NCBI GenBank assembly: GCA_043819795.1
Contig: JBDREN010000171.1
Location: forward strand, 1-45,991
From: Elusimicrobiota bacterium
Lineage (GTDB): Bacteria; Elusimicrobiota; Elusimicrobia; UBA1565
Length of the DNA stretch: 45,991 nt
Direction of reading: 5' to 3'
This document shows, one piece after another, positions 26,689-38,087 of the stretch (its first letter is position 1; every line of letters starts with the position of its first letter). The position numbers and the translations under genes are program-made. The notes under the pieces were generated by a model, which saw only the letters and a program-made list of their open reading frames with translations, was not told the origin of the DNA and did not search any database.

Positions 26689-28385
26689 GCCGCGCGTTTC
26701 TGCCGCTTTTGTTGTCGCCGCTGCTCCTCACCGCGCCCGCCGCCGACGCCGCATCGGGTGAGCTCCTCCGGGCCCTGAGCGACGAGATGAAACGGACCGT
26801 CGAGCGACTCGAGATGAAGAAGCTGGACAAGCCGTACTTCGTGAGCTATTCGGTGCGCGACGTCCGAAGGATCAGCATCGAGAGCTCCTTCGGCGCGATC
26901 AAGGACCCCCACGAGTACCGCTCGCGACAGCTCAAGGTGGACCTGCGCGTCGGCGGCCGGACGCTCGACAACGCCCATTACGTCGGCAAGGACCACTGGA
27001 GCTACCGCCCGCTCACGGGCCCCCTAGCCCTCGACGACGACTACGACGCGCTCCGCTACGGGACCTGGTCCCTGACCGACAAGGCCTACAAGCAGGCGCT
27101 GCAGAGGCTCGCGCAGAAGAAGGCATACAAGCAGGACAAGCTCATCACGGAGGAAATCCCGGACCTATCCGAGGAGCAGGCTCAGTCTTTTGAGGAGCCG
27201 GCGGCCGACCTCGCCTTCGACCACGCGCTGTGGGAGAGCCGGATGCGCAAGCTGTCGTCGATCTTCAAGAAATATCCGGCCATCCAGAGCTCGGAGGTCG
27301 ACCTGTACTGGACCCAGCGCTATACGTACTTCGTGGACAGCGAGGGCCGCCGGGTCATCAAGCCGGACCATGATTTCGAAATCTACATGAGCGCCTCGAC
27401 GCAGGCGGAGGACGGCATGCGCCTGGGCGACCGCCGCCGCTTCATCAGCAAAACCCGCGCGGGGATACCGCTCTTCTCCGAGCTCGAGACGGGGGCCCTC
27501 CGCTTGGCGAAGGACCTCACGGCCCTCGCGAAGGCCCCGGCCCTCGATAAGCCCTACATCGGCCCGGTGATGATCGAGGGCCAGGCCGCCGGAGAGTTCT
27601 TCGACCAGCTTCTAGCGCACAACATCTCGTTCCCCCGGGAGCTCTGGGTCGAGCAGGACTCCGTCAAGGAGCAATTCCACTCGGGAAGCCTCGCCGGGCG
27701 CCTGGGCCTGCGCGTGCTCAGCCCCCTTCTGAACGTCGTCGATGATCCCTCGCTCGAAGATGCCGAGGGCAAGCCGCTCATCGGCCACTACAGCGTCGAT
27801 GACGAGGGGATCCCGGCCCAGAAAGTCACGCTGATCGAGCGGGGGATTCTCAAGGACCTCCTGATGAGCCGCTCGCCCACGAAGGAGCGCGAGCGCTCCA
27901 ACGGCCACGGCCGCGCCGCCTTCTGGGAGCATACCACGGCCCGCATCAGCAACCTCGTGATCGACGCCGACAAGACCGTCCCCGAGGACGAGCTGAAGCA
28001 GGCCTTTCTGAGGGAAGCGAAGGAGTTCGGGCTGGACTTCGGCCTCATCGTGCGGAGGATCGCCGAGGAGGACCGGCAGGAGAAAGACGAGGTCCTCGCC
28101 GCTCCGGTCATGCTCTACAAGGTCGACGTCTCCAACGGACGCGAGGAGCTGGTCCGCGGCGCCCGATTCACCGGGGTAAGCATGCGCGCATTACGCGACG
28201 TTCTGGCGGCGGGCGACCGGCGCCACGTCTACAACTACTACCAGCTCGGCCCCTACAAGAGCAGCCGCGGGCAGGTCCAGGCGAGCATCGTGCATCCCTC
28301 CGTCCTCCTCGGGGAGATGGAGCTCAAGAAGACGGACAAGAAGCCGGACAAGCTCCCCTACCTTAAGCATCCCCACTTCGACTGA
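26685..28385 (+). CDS. TldE/PmbA-like partner subunit with a signal peptide
   Basis: Paralogue of the upstream gene (KPYFVSY, VDLRVG..TLDN, VDDEGIP, SNGHGR) that lacks HExxxH and the Cys motif. Joined by an ATGA overlap. Confidence 0.85.
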   Translation: MSRAFLPLLLSPLLLTAPAADAASGELLRALSDEMKRTVERLEMKKLDKPYFVSYSVRDVRRISIESSFGAIKDPHEYRSRQLKVDLRVGGRTLDNAHYVGKDHWSYRPLTGPLALDDDYDALRYGTWSLTDKAYKQALQRLAQKKAYKQDKLITEEIPDLSEEQAQSFEEPAADLAFDHALWESRMRKLSSIFKKYPAIQSSEVDLYWTQRYTYFVDSEGRRVIKPDHDFEIYMSASTQAEDGMRLGDRRRFISKTRAGIPLFSELETGALRLAKDLTALAKAPALDKPYIGPVMIEGQAAGEFFDQLLAHNISFPRELWVEQDSVKEQFHSGSLAGRLGLRVLSPLLNVVDDPSLEDAEGKPLIGHYSVDDEGIPAQKVTLIERGILKDLLMSRSPTKERERSNGHGRAAFWEHTTARISNLVIDADKTVPEDELKQAFLREAKEFGLDFGLIVRRIAEEDRQEKDEVLAAPVMLYKVDVSNGREELVRGARFTGVSMRALRDVLAAGDRRHVYNYYQLGPYKSSRGQVQASIVHPSVLLGEMELKKTDKKPDKLPYLKHPHFD

Positions 28386-28392
28386 ACACGCG

Positions 28393-28755
28393 ATGGCCGA
28401 CCGCATCCGAATCAACGGCATCGCCTGCCGGTGCCGGATCGGCGTTCCGGCCCGGGAACGCCGCGCGCGCCAAAGGATCCTCGTGGACGCCGCCCTCGAG
28501 GCCGACCTGCGGGCCGCGGGCCGGACCGATTCTTTGAGACGCTCGGTCGACTATCACGCCCTGGAGAAGCTCCTGTGCGAGGAGGCGGAGGCCGGCGTCT
28601 TCAGTATTCTGGAACGCCTCGCGGAGGTGCTCGCGCGCGCGGCCCTCGCTTTCGACAAGCGCGTGCGCTCGGTGACGATCGTCGTCCGCAAGTCCCCGGC
28701 CGCCATGCCCAAGACCCGCGAAGTCGCGGTCGAAATCACCCGCGGTCGGCATTGA
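28393..28755 (+). CDS. folB: Dihydroneopterin aldolase
   Basis: DRIRI.GI....RIGV...ER...Q, SVDY, LERLAE and the catalytic Lys in VRKSPA; 120 aa. Confidence 0.9.
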   Translation: MADRIRINGIACRCRIGVPARERRARQRILVDAALEADLRAAGRTDSLRRSVDYHALEKLLCEEAEAGVFSILERLAEVLARAALAFDKRVRSVTIVVRKSPAAMPKTREVAVEITRGRH

Positions 28756-28756
28756 G

Positions 28757-28786
28757 TTGCCGCCCTCCGGCCCAAATTCGTAGAAT
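28757..28786 (+). promoter_or_regulatory. Putative promoter of the xanthine dehydrogenase operon, leaderless geometry
   Basis: TTGCCG, 18-nt spacer, TAGAAT (28781-28786); ATG 6 nt later with no SD. Confidence 0.55.
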
Positions 28787-28792
28787 CCGGCC

Positions 28793-31001
28793 ATGCCCGC
28801 GGTCGGCGCCAACGCACGCCGCAAGGAAGGCCCCGCGAAGCTCTGCGGCGCCGCCAAGTACATAGACGACTACGACTTCCCCGGCTGCCTGCACGGAGCC
28901 ACGTTCCGCTCCTCCATCCCTTACGGGAAGATCAAGAGCGTCCGGTTCGATCCCAAGTTCCCCTGGCGCGAGTTCGTCACCGTCACAGCGAAGGATATCC
29001 CCGGCAAAAACAGCATCCTGCTGCTGGAGGCCGACCAGCCGCTTCTGGCCCACAAGCGGGTCACTCACGCGATGGAGCCCATCGCGCTCGTCGCCCATCC
29101 GGTCCGTCAGAAGGCCTACGAGGCCCTGGAGCACATCCAGGTAGACTACGAGGAGATGGACCCGGTGCTCTCAATCGAGGAGTCCCTCGCCAAGAAGCAG
29201 GTCCTCTACGGCGCCGACAACGTCTTCAAACGCTACGAGATCAAGCGGGGCGACGCCCGCAAGGCGCTCAAGGCCGCGAACGTCGTGGTCGAGGGGACCT
29301 ACCGCGTCCCCCACCAGGAGCAGGCCTACATCGAGAACAACGGGATGGCCGCCTATGTCGAGGAGGACGGCACCCTCGTCATCATGGGCTCCATGCAGTG
29401 TCCCTATTTCGTCCTCAAGGCCATGAAGCCCGTCTTCCGCCTCCCGGAGGGGAAGATCCGCATCGTCCAGACCACGACCGGCGGGGCCTTCGGCGGCAAG
29501 GAAGACTACCCCGACATGCTCGCCGGCCACGCGGGGCTTTTGGCGATGAAGGCCAAGCGCCCGGTCAAGATCATCTATGACCGGCGCGAGGACATGTTGG
29601 CCACCACCAAGCGCCATCCGGCGGTGATCCGGCACCGCACCGGCCTCACCCGGGACGGCAGGCTCGTCGCGCAGGATATCGACATCGTGATGGACGGCGG
29701 CGCGTACGTCACGCTGTCTCCGGTCGTCCTCTCTCGCTGCATCCTGCATGCCACCGGCCCCTACGAATGCCCGAACGCGCGGATCGTCGCCCGCGCGGTG
29801 GCCACCAACACCCCGCCCAACGGCGCCTTCCGCGGCTTCGGCGTGCCGCAGTCCGTGTACGCGGCGGATCTCCACTGGGAGAAGATCGCCAAGGCCCTTC
29901 ATATCGACTCGCTGACTCTGAGGCGGCGCAACATCATCCGGGTGGGCTCCGTCATGGCCACGGGGCAGGTCCTGCGCGAGAGCGTGAGCGCCTCCGACGT
30001 CTTGGATAAGACCGTCCGGAGCAGCGGATACGTCCGGAAGCGCAAGGCCTACGCCCGCTGGAACCGCAAGAGATCCAACCCGACCTGGAAGGGGATCGGT
30101 TTGGCCGTGGTCCATCACGGCGCCGGCTTCACCGGCAACGGCGAGGTCTATCTGGCCAGCCGGGCCGGGGTCACGCTCACGCGCGACGGGCAGGTCCGGA
30201 TCGACGTGGCCTCCACGGAGATGGGCCAAGGCAGCCGCACCTCCTTGCCGCAGATCGTGGCGGACACGCTGGGGCTCCCGTACGAATGGATCACGCAGGA
30301 GGAGGCGGACACCAGCAAGGTGCCCGACAGCGGCCCCACCGTGGCCAGCCGCACCTGCATGATCGTCGGCGGCCTCCTGCGCAAGGCGTCCCTGCGGCTC
30401 AAGGACGCGGTCGTCGACGCGGCCGGGAGCTTCCCGAAGACCCGGCCGGGCCTGCGCAAGGCCGCCCGGCGGCTCCTGGGCGACGAGCCGGAGAGGCGGT
30501 TCCTCGCGGCCTACGAGAAGCCCGCGGAGATAAACTTCGACGACAAGACCTATAAGGGCGATGCCTACGGGGTCTACAGCTACGCCTGCGCCGTGGTGGA
30601 CCTGGAGATCGACAAGCTCACCTACGAGGTGAACGTGCGCAAGCTCTACACGGCCCACGACATCGGCAAGGCGCTCAACCCCCTGATGGCCGAGGGGCAG
30701 ATCATAGGCGGCGTCACCCAGGGCCTCGGCTACGCCCTTTTGGAGAACGCCCAGTACAAGGGCGGAGTGATGCAGAACCCGCAGCTCACGGACTATGTCA
30801 TCCCCACCTTCATGGACACGCCCCCCATGGAGGTGGACATCATCGAGAACCCGTATTCCCGGGGCCCCTTCGGCGCGAAGGGCCTCGGCGAGCTGCCGAT
30901 GGACGTCCCGGCGCCGGCCGCGGCGGCGGCCGTCCACCACGCCACGGGACTATGGCTCCCGGATCTCCCCATCCTGCCGGAAAAGATCGCGAAGGCCTTT
31001 C

Positions 31002-31024
<23 letters not shown>
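28793..31024 (+). CDS. Xanthine dehydrogenase family molybdopterin-binding subunit
   Basis: Motifs QEQAYIE, GGAFGGKE, AFRGFG, EMGQG, SGPTVASR, GQIIGG..QG.G and KGLGE. The Glu after GGK and the Arg in VLSRCILH match the positions of the purine-binding residues of true XDHs. Confidence 0.93.
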
Positions 31025-31492
<468 letters not shown>

Positions 31493-31496
<4 letters not shown>

Positions 31497-31524
31497 GACG
31501 GCGGCATGGCGGCGACAGATGAGA
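31493..31524 (+). other. 26-bp spacer cassette bounded by ATGAGA direct repeats, encoding a coupled 9-aa mini-ORF (MRRRHGGDR, 31493-31522)
   Basis: ATGAGA occurs at 31493-31498 and 31519-31524. The first contains the 2Fe-2S gene stop; the second contains the mini-ORF stop and the FAD-subunit start. Confidence 0.65.
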
Positions 31525-32376
31525 GGCAATCCCCGCACGATGAGGCTTCTCCGGCCGCGCACGCCTCAAGAGGCGGTGTGCGCCTTCGCCCGCCACCCCA
31601 AGGCGATCCCGCTGGCCGGCGGCACCGATTTCATGGTCGCATGGAACGCGGGCCTGCTGGACGACAACTTAGTGCTGGACCTGACGGGGCTCAAGGCCTG
31701 GAGCCGCATACGCGCGCGCAAGAACGGATTGCTCGCGGGCGCGCTGGCCACGCATACGATGCTCCGGGAGCACCCGGAGGTCCGGAGCCGCTCCCCTTTG
31801 CTCGCGCAGGCCTGCGCGACGGTCGGCGGCGCCCAGATCCAGAACCGCGGCACGCTGGGCGGCAACATCGCCAACGCCTCGCCGGCCGGCGACACCTTCC
31901 CGCCGCTCGCCGTATACGAAGCCGTCATCCATGCGGTCTCCCCGAGAGGCCGGAGGAAGATCCCGTTCTCCAAGATCTTCGCCGGCGTCAAGAAGACCAC
32001 GCTGGACCCCGCCGAGCTCATCGAGGCGGTGGAGGTTCCCCGCCTCGCCGGACGGCCTTCCCGCCAGATCTTCCGCAAAGTGGGGACCCGGGCCGCGCAG
32101 GCGATCTCGAAGACCGTGGCCGCGGGGCTGCTCTGGCTCCGCCGGGACGGGACGGTCCGGGAGCTCCGCTTCGCTTTAGGGAGCGTGGCGCCCACCGTGC
32201 GCCGCCTCAAGTCGGTGGAGGCGTTCGTGAACGGCAAGCGGCTCACCCCCGCGGTGGCGCGGGAAGCCTGCTCCCTGCTGAGCCGGGACATATCCCCGAT
32301 CGACGACGTCCGCTCGACGCGCGCATACCGGCTGCGCGTGTCGGGCAACATCCTCCGCTCGTTCCTGCTTGGGTAG
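31519..32376 (+). CDS. Xanthine dehydrogenase family FAD-binding subunit
   Basis: Motifs LAGGTD, QIQNRGTLGGNIANASPAGD and ISPIDDVRST..YR. Confidence 0.95.
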   Translation: MRGNPRTMRLLRPRTPQEAVCAFARHPKAIPLAGGTDFMVAWNAGLLDDNLVLDLTGLKAWSRIRARKNGLLAGALATHTMLREHPEVRSRSPLLAQACATVGGAQIQNRGTLGGNIANASPAGDTFPPLAVYEAVIHAVSPRGRRKIPFSKIFAGVKKTTLDPAELIEAVEVPRLAGRPSRQIFRKVGTRAAQAISKTVAAGLLWLRRDGTVRELRFALGSVAPTVRRLKSVEAFVNGKRLTPAVAREACSLLSRDISPIDDVRSTRAYRLRVSGNILRSFLLG

Positions 32377-32378
32377 CC

Positions 32379-32406
32379 AGCGTCGCAAGCTCGCCTTGCG
32401 ACGCTT
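32379..32406 (+). terminator. Hairpin after the xdh operon
   Basis: AGCGTCGCAAG-CTCGC-CTTGCGACGCT, an 11-bp stem followed by TACACCTTTT. Confidence 0.55.
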
Positions 32407-32613
32407 ACACCTTTTGGTCATCGGGAACTCCATCTCAAGTGCCTGCCGTTCTCCTTGAGCCGTTGACCCCGGACCGTTGGGCCTAAGACGGTATAAGCCC
32501 ATTTCCCGCCCTCTTCAGGCCTCTTAGACCCATAGGGGAAATCCCGCCCTTTGATATAAGTTAACCAAGGGGTCCGACGCCGACGTCAACTTACTTGACC
32601 CCAGAGTCAACTT

Positions 32614-35127
32614 ATGAAAGGTTTTGCATCACGGATAACAGTCTATCTCGCAGCGGGCGCGCTGACGCTCGCCGCGCCGGGCCCGGCCGCTTGCTCGGCC
32701 TTCGCGCAGTCCGTCTCCGCCGTGCCGGCGAACGTCGGAACCGCCAACGTCGGCGTCGGAGGAGCGCTCGCGCTCGGCGCCGGGGCGCAGGGGACGTCGG
32801 GACTGTCGCCGCGGGCGCTCTCCTCTCCCGGGAGTCTGCGCTCGGCGCTTGCGTCCATCGGCCGCGTCTCGTTGCGGTCTCCCGCGCCCGGCGCCCGGAT
32901 CCCCGCGGCAAGTCCACGGTCCGCAAGTCCCCACGTCCGGGCCGCATCCCCCGCCGCGACGCCCGCGAGCGCTCTTGATATTTCGCGCAAGCCCGACCCC
33001 GCGGCGCCGGCAAAAGCGAGAATGGGCCGGCTCGTCTCGATGGTCTCCGGCATACCCGCCCTCCTGCGCCACCGCGACCGGGCCGCGCTCAAGACCGGAG
33101 CCGCGGAGGCCTTCGAGGCGGCGGCGCGACGCGGCACGCCCACCGGCGAGGCCGTGCCCGCCCGGGTCTCGCGCGCCCGGTCCCGGAGCCTCCTGGGCCG
33201 CACCACCAAAGACTTCCGCACGCGGAACGTGAAGTTCCTCGAGTACCTGGGCTTCGAACGCTACTCGGAGGATATCGGGCGGAACCTGGAGAAGCCGGGC
33301 CTGAGCAAGCTGCAGAGCCAAGTCCTGAGCTTCAACCAGCGACGCTACAAGGTCTTCGACGCCTCGCGGGACCTCGCCGTGGAGGTGATGGCGGGCTTGC
33401 GCAGGCGCCGGTTCTCGGAGCAGGCCCTCGATCAGACCGTGGAGCTGGCAGCCAGGCTCTTGGCCCTGCAGCCGTTGGAGCCCCCTTCGAGCCTTCCCCC
33501 CGACATCGCCAGGCTTCCCGCCGACGGCATCCGGCAGTGGCTCATCGACGTCACGGCCAAGAAGCTGGGCCAGCAGCTGGCGGCCGTCACGTCCGACGTC
33601 GTGGGCGCCATCGAGTCCCCCCGCTCCATCAAACGCCACGCGGCGGAGCTCCGCAGCGGCGGGACGCTCTCGCCCGGCGCCCGCCAGTTCACCATACGCG
33701 TCCGGACGATCAAGGGGATGCTCGAGGAGATCCTCCTCACGATGTACACCGACGCCGAGATCGGGCAGACCCGCTACGCGGGCCGCGCCTTGGCGGCCTC
33801 CCTCGTGCGCTACGCGCGCCTGACCGGCAGGCGGGACATCGAGCACAGGCTGCGCGAGCGCGTGGCGGCCCACGGCCTCTCGCTTGACAACTTCCTCGGT
33901 GACACCATCGAAGTGACCGACAAACGCGGCGCCAAGCGCCGCATCCGGGTCCGCTCGGGCGACTTCGTCTCCGAGAGGGGCAAGGGCCGGGTGGCAGCCG
34001 AGATCACATTCGGCGTACGCCCCAACTGGAGGGCCTGGAACCGCGCGCGCAAGGACGGCCTGCTGGGCAGCTACTTCGCCCTATGGGCCAACCCCAAGAA
34101 GGGGCCCAAGCTCGTCGCGGGGCAGCCGGTCCGCAACGCCATGAAGCGCGTCATGAGCGCCCTCAAGCGCTGGGTGGCCGGATGGCCGGCCATGAGGCGA
34201 GGCTACTCCCATGTGGGCATGGCCCGCTTGCAGGCGGATCCGGCCAGCGGCGTCGGGATGCTGTGGATACTGGACAACTACCCGAACGCCGAGGAGGGCG
34301 GGATCCGCAAGATCGGCTTCGTGGAGCAGTTCGCGATGAACGGGCCCCACATGCGCCTGGGCCTGAGCCGATTCGACGCGAAGCGAGTGTTCGACGCCTT
34401 CCATAGCCAAGCGGAGAAGCGGGGCTATGAGGACTCGTATCCGGCGGAGGACGGGGCCTGGCGGGCGGACGTCACGCCGCAGGAGTACGACCGCCTGCTC
34501 CGGATCCCCAAGAGCCGCGCCGCCGAGCTCCTCCGCGAGCTCAACGAGCGGGCGGTCCGTCAGATCGAGGCCATGATGACGCGACTTGGGGTCGGCTTCG
34601 CCTACGGCTTCTCGAACGAACTCTGGCGCGCCTACTGCAGCGCCACCATGATGCTGGCGCACCGCCTGGCCTCGGCGTTCGAGATCCAGAGCTATTTCGA
34701 CGGCTGGCATCCCATCGTACGGGTGATGAAGGCCTTCGGCTCCGACACGGCCAAGGACCAGGAGATGGACGGGAGGATCATCTGGCCGGGCAGCCTTTTC
34801 GTGGACCCCAAGATCGCCAAGCACGAGCAGGTGACGTTCCCTGCGTTCAAGAAGATCGGCAAGATCTCCGACCCGTTCACGATGCCCGCCTACCTGGAGA
34901 TGGACCCCGCCCTCACCCAGGCCCTCGGCGCGCTCCTCGAGCGCAGCGGGGAGGGCTCGATCGAGCCGGACGCCGACATCCTGGCCCGCCGGGTCCGCGC
35001 CCATCTGGCCGGGGCTCGCGAGAAGAGCAAGCGCCGCGACGAAGCGGGGCCGCGCAGCGGCTCCCAGGAGAGCGCCGGCTACTCGCGGGGATTGGAAGAC
35101 CTCATCGCGGAATTCGAAGAGGAATAG
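32614..35127 (+). CDS. Large secreted hypothetical protein with a probable C-terminal permuted papain-like (YiiX/YaeF-type NlpC/P60) domain
   Basis: Signal peptide plus an Ala/Ser/Pro-rich leader. GYSHVGM (34201-34221) precedes GFAYGFSNELWRAYCS (YCS at 34633-34641), giving the His-before-Cys order. Confidence 0.7.
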   Translation: MKGFASRITVYLAAGALTLAAPGPAACSAFAQSVSAVPANVGTANVGVGGALALGAGAQGTSGLSPRALSSPGSLRSALASIGRVSLRSPAPGARIPAASPRSASPHVRAASPAATPASALDISRKPDPAAPAKARMGRLVSMVSGIPALLRHRDRAALKTGAAEAFEAAARRGTPTGEAVPARVSRARSRSLLGRTTKDFRTRNVKFLEYLGFERYSEDIGRNLEKPGLSKLQSQVLSFNQRRYKVFDASRDLAVEVMAGLRRRRFSEQALDQTVELAARLLALQPLEPPSSLPPDIARLPADGIRQWLIDVTAKKLGQQLAAVTSDVVGAIESPRSIKRHAAELRSGGTLSPGARQFTIRVRTIKGMLEEILLTMYTDAEIGQTRYAGRALAASLVRYARLTGRRDIEHRLRERVAAHGLSLDNFLGDTIEVTDKRGAKRRIRVRSGDFVSERGKGRVAAEITFGVRPNWRAWNRARKDGLLGSYFALWANPKKGPKLVAGQPVRNAMKRVMSALKRWVAGWPAMRRGYSHVGMARLQADPASGVGMLWILDNYPNAEEGGIRKIGFVEQFAMNGPHMRLGLSRFDAKRVFDAFHSQAEKRGYEDSYPAEDGAWRADVTPQEYDRLLRIPKSRAAELLRELNERAVRQIEAMMTRLGVGFAYGFSNELWRAYCSATMMLAHRLASAFEIQSYFDGWHPIVRVMKAFGSDTAKDQEMDGRIIWPGSLFVDPKIAKHEQVTFPAFKKIGKISDPFTMPAYLEMDPALTQALGALLERSGEGSIEPDADILARRVRAHLAGAREKSKRRDEAGPRSGSQESAGYSRGLEDLIAEFEEE

Positions 35128-35189
35128 GGCCGGCTCCCTCCGTCGCCTCGCGAGACCGTCGCCCCCGCGATGGGAGCCTCGTCGGCCGG

Positions 35190-35363
35190 GGCCGCCACGT
35201 GCTCGCCACCGTGATGAGTACCGTGGCCGTCAGCACGCCGCTAAACGGCATGCCCGTCCCTTCGGTCGCCAGGATGATCGGGTTGACCACGACGATATAG
35301 GCCATCGTGAAAAACGTGGTAACGCCCCGCGATGGCCTCGGTCTTGAGGTCGGTCTTTTTCAT
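35190..35363 (-). pseudogene. Remnant of an NCS2 (AzgA/PbuG-type) guanine/hypoxanthine permease
   Basis: ATG 35363 gives MKKTDLKTEAIAG. One extra G in GCGGGGCGTT then shifts the frame; the other frame reads VTTFFTMAYIVVVNPIILATEGTGMPFSGVLTATVL. Similarity is lost after about 55 codons. Confidence 0.85.
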
Positions 35364-35367
35364 TCCA

Positions 35368-35450
35368 CACCCTCACCCCGACCCTCTCCCACGGGGAGAG
35401 GGCGCCTTCGCCCCCACCACAACCGCATCCCTCCCCGTGGGGGAGGGACG
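35368..35450. repeat. REP-like palindromic element related to 9063-9240
   Basis: CCCTCACCCCGACCCTCTCCCCACGGGGAGAGGG and TCCCTCCCCGTGGGGGAGGGA hairpins. Confidence 0.8.
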
Positions 35451-35489
35451 CGAGCTTGAGGGACGCGTGCTAGGATACCAATTTGCTAA

Positions 35490-36509
<1,020 letters not shown>

Positions 36510-36515
36510 CGCCGC

Positions 36516-37973
36516 CTACTTGAGCAACTCGCCGGCGGCCTTCAGGATGATGGGCGTGGCCCGCTGACCGACCGAGTTCGTCTCCTCGTAGTGCGTCCCG
36601 GGCGGACGCGGGCTCATGGCGCGGTTCGCGGTCGCCTGAAAATCGTACTCCGGGACGATGTAGCCGATCTCGTCGTTGGCCAGCCCGACGATCAGGCCGT
36701 GCTCGGCCTTGAGCATCTCTCTTAGGTACGGACCGGGCGGGGCCGCCGAGAGGTCCGGGGGATTGGGATTGGCCGGGCCCACGAGCGGATGCCCGTACCG
36801 GTGCCTGCCGTCGTAGCCCCCGATCGCCAGCTCCGGGAAGATCTCGCCGGGCACGCCGAGGATGCGGACCTTCCCGAGCCGCACGTGCGACACCTCGGTC
36901 TCCACCCAGGGGCGCAGGCGCTCCGGCAGCGGGAAGAGGGTCAGGTGCCGGAGCGGGAACCAGTAGGTGTCCAGAGGGCTCAGAGGCTCGCCGCCGGAGC
37001 CGTAGATCGTGTGCCCGAAGACGAGGCTGCGCAGAAACAGGATATAGCGCGAGTTCTCCACGGGAACGCGGACGACCCGCGTGCTGAAGGAGACCTCGGC
37101 GCGCGGATACCGGACGGAGCCCTTGTCCAATGCGTCCAGAGCCAGGTCGGCGACCTTGACCCCGAGTTCGCCCATCGCCTCGAACCGCTGCTCGAGGCCC
37201 TCCCGGTCCACGTCCGGGCTGAGCAGGCCGCCGACGACGCCGGGGAAGAACACGCAGCCGCCGCCCGTCTTCTCCTCGACGCGGGCGCAGAGCGCGCCCG
37301 GGAAGTCGGCGGTCACCTGCCGGTTATCGGAGCCCATGACCTCGGGATGGCAGGACCAGCGCACCAAGGTCCCGATGGCCTTGCCCTCCTTCGTCTCGAA
37401 GGAAAGGGCGTTGAGCTCCGGATCGATGACGATGGGGTCCCGGTAGTCCCGGCAAAGGCCGCGAGGGTCCAGCATCCGGCGCGCGGCCGCCATCCTCGCC
37501 TCCTGGAGCCGGGAGGCCGCGTCCTTCACGAGGTTTACGATGGCGCGCTTCAGCCGATTGTGATAGCGTTTGTCCACGCCCGAGACGCCGGGGAAGCGCC
37601 CCCAGAGCCCGAGCGTGTCGGGCGCCGAGTGGTCGTGAGTGGCGGCCAGGAAAAGATACCGGCCGCCCCCTTCCCATCCCAGGGTCCGGCGGATGGCGAG
37701 CACGTCGTTGCGGAAAAGGCCGATGCTGTCCACGGCGACGAGCGCGACCGTCTTCTCGCCGTCGGAGACGACCAGGGCGCGCGCGTAGAGCGGGTCATGG
37801 ATCCCCTGCGCCCGCCGGCCCTTGGCCCCGTAGCCCGCCAGCCAGATCGTCTCCTTCTTCAGGTCGGGCGTGATGTCGGCCTTGCCCGCGGCCGCGTACA
37901 GCGTCCGCCGCCCGGCGCCCTCGACCGGCCAGGCCGCAAGAAGAAGCAAGAAAAGCGGGACGATTTTGAGCAT
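36516..37973 (-). CDS. Secreted neutral/alkaline ceramidase-like hydrolase
   Basis: Signal peptide MLKIVPLFLLLLAAWPVEG. Motifs KADITP, GIHDPLYARALV, ATHDHSAPD, SCHPE, PGEIF, GLANDEIGY and HYEET. Confidence 0.75.
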   Translation of the reverse strand: MLKIVPLFLLLLAAWPVEGAGRRTLYAAAGKADITPDLKKETIWLAGYGAKGRRAQGIHDPLYARALVVSDGEKTVALVAVDSIGLFRNDVLAIRRTLGWEGGGRYLFLAATHDHSAPDTLGLWGRFPGVSGVDKRYHNRLKRAIVNLVKDAASRLQEARMAAARRMLDPRGLCRDYRDPIVIDPELNALSFETKEGKAIGTLVRWSCHPEVMGSDNRQVTADFPGALCARVEEKTGGGCVFFPGVVGGLLSPDVDREGLEQRFEAMGELGVKVADLALDALDKGSVRYPRAEVSFSTRVVRVPVENSRYILFLRSLVFGHTIYGSGGEPLSPLDTYWFPLRHLTLFPLPERLRPWVETEVSHVRLGKVRILGVPGEIFPELAIGGYDGRHRYGHPLVGPANPNPPDLSAAPPGPYLREMLKAEHGLIVGLANDEIGYIVPEYDFQATANRAMSPRPPGTHYEETNSVGQRATPIILKAAGELLK

Positions 37974-38087
37974 CAATAGACCTTCCTTTCCGAAATCTTC
38001 CCTAGAGTAGCAAGCCGGTGCGCCGCCGCGCAACCGCCGGTGCCGGCGCGGCGGGTGGCTAAGATCCGACATATGGGACGCCGGCAT

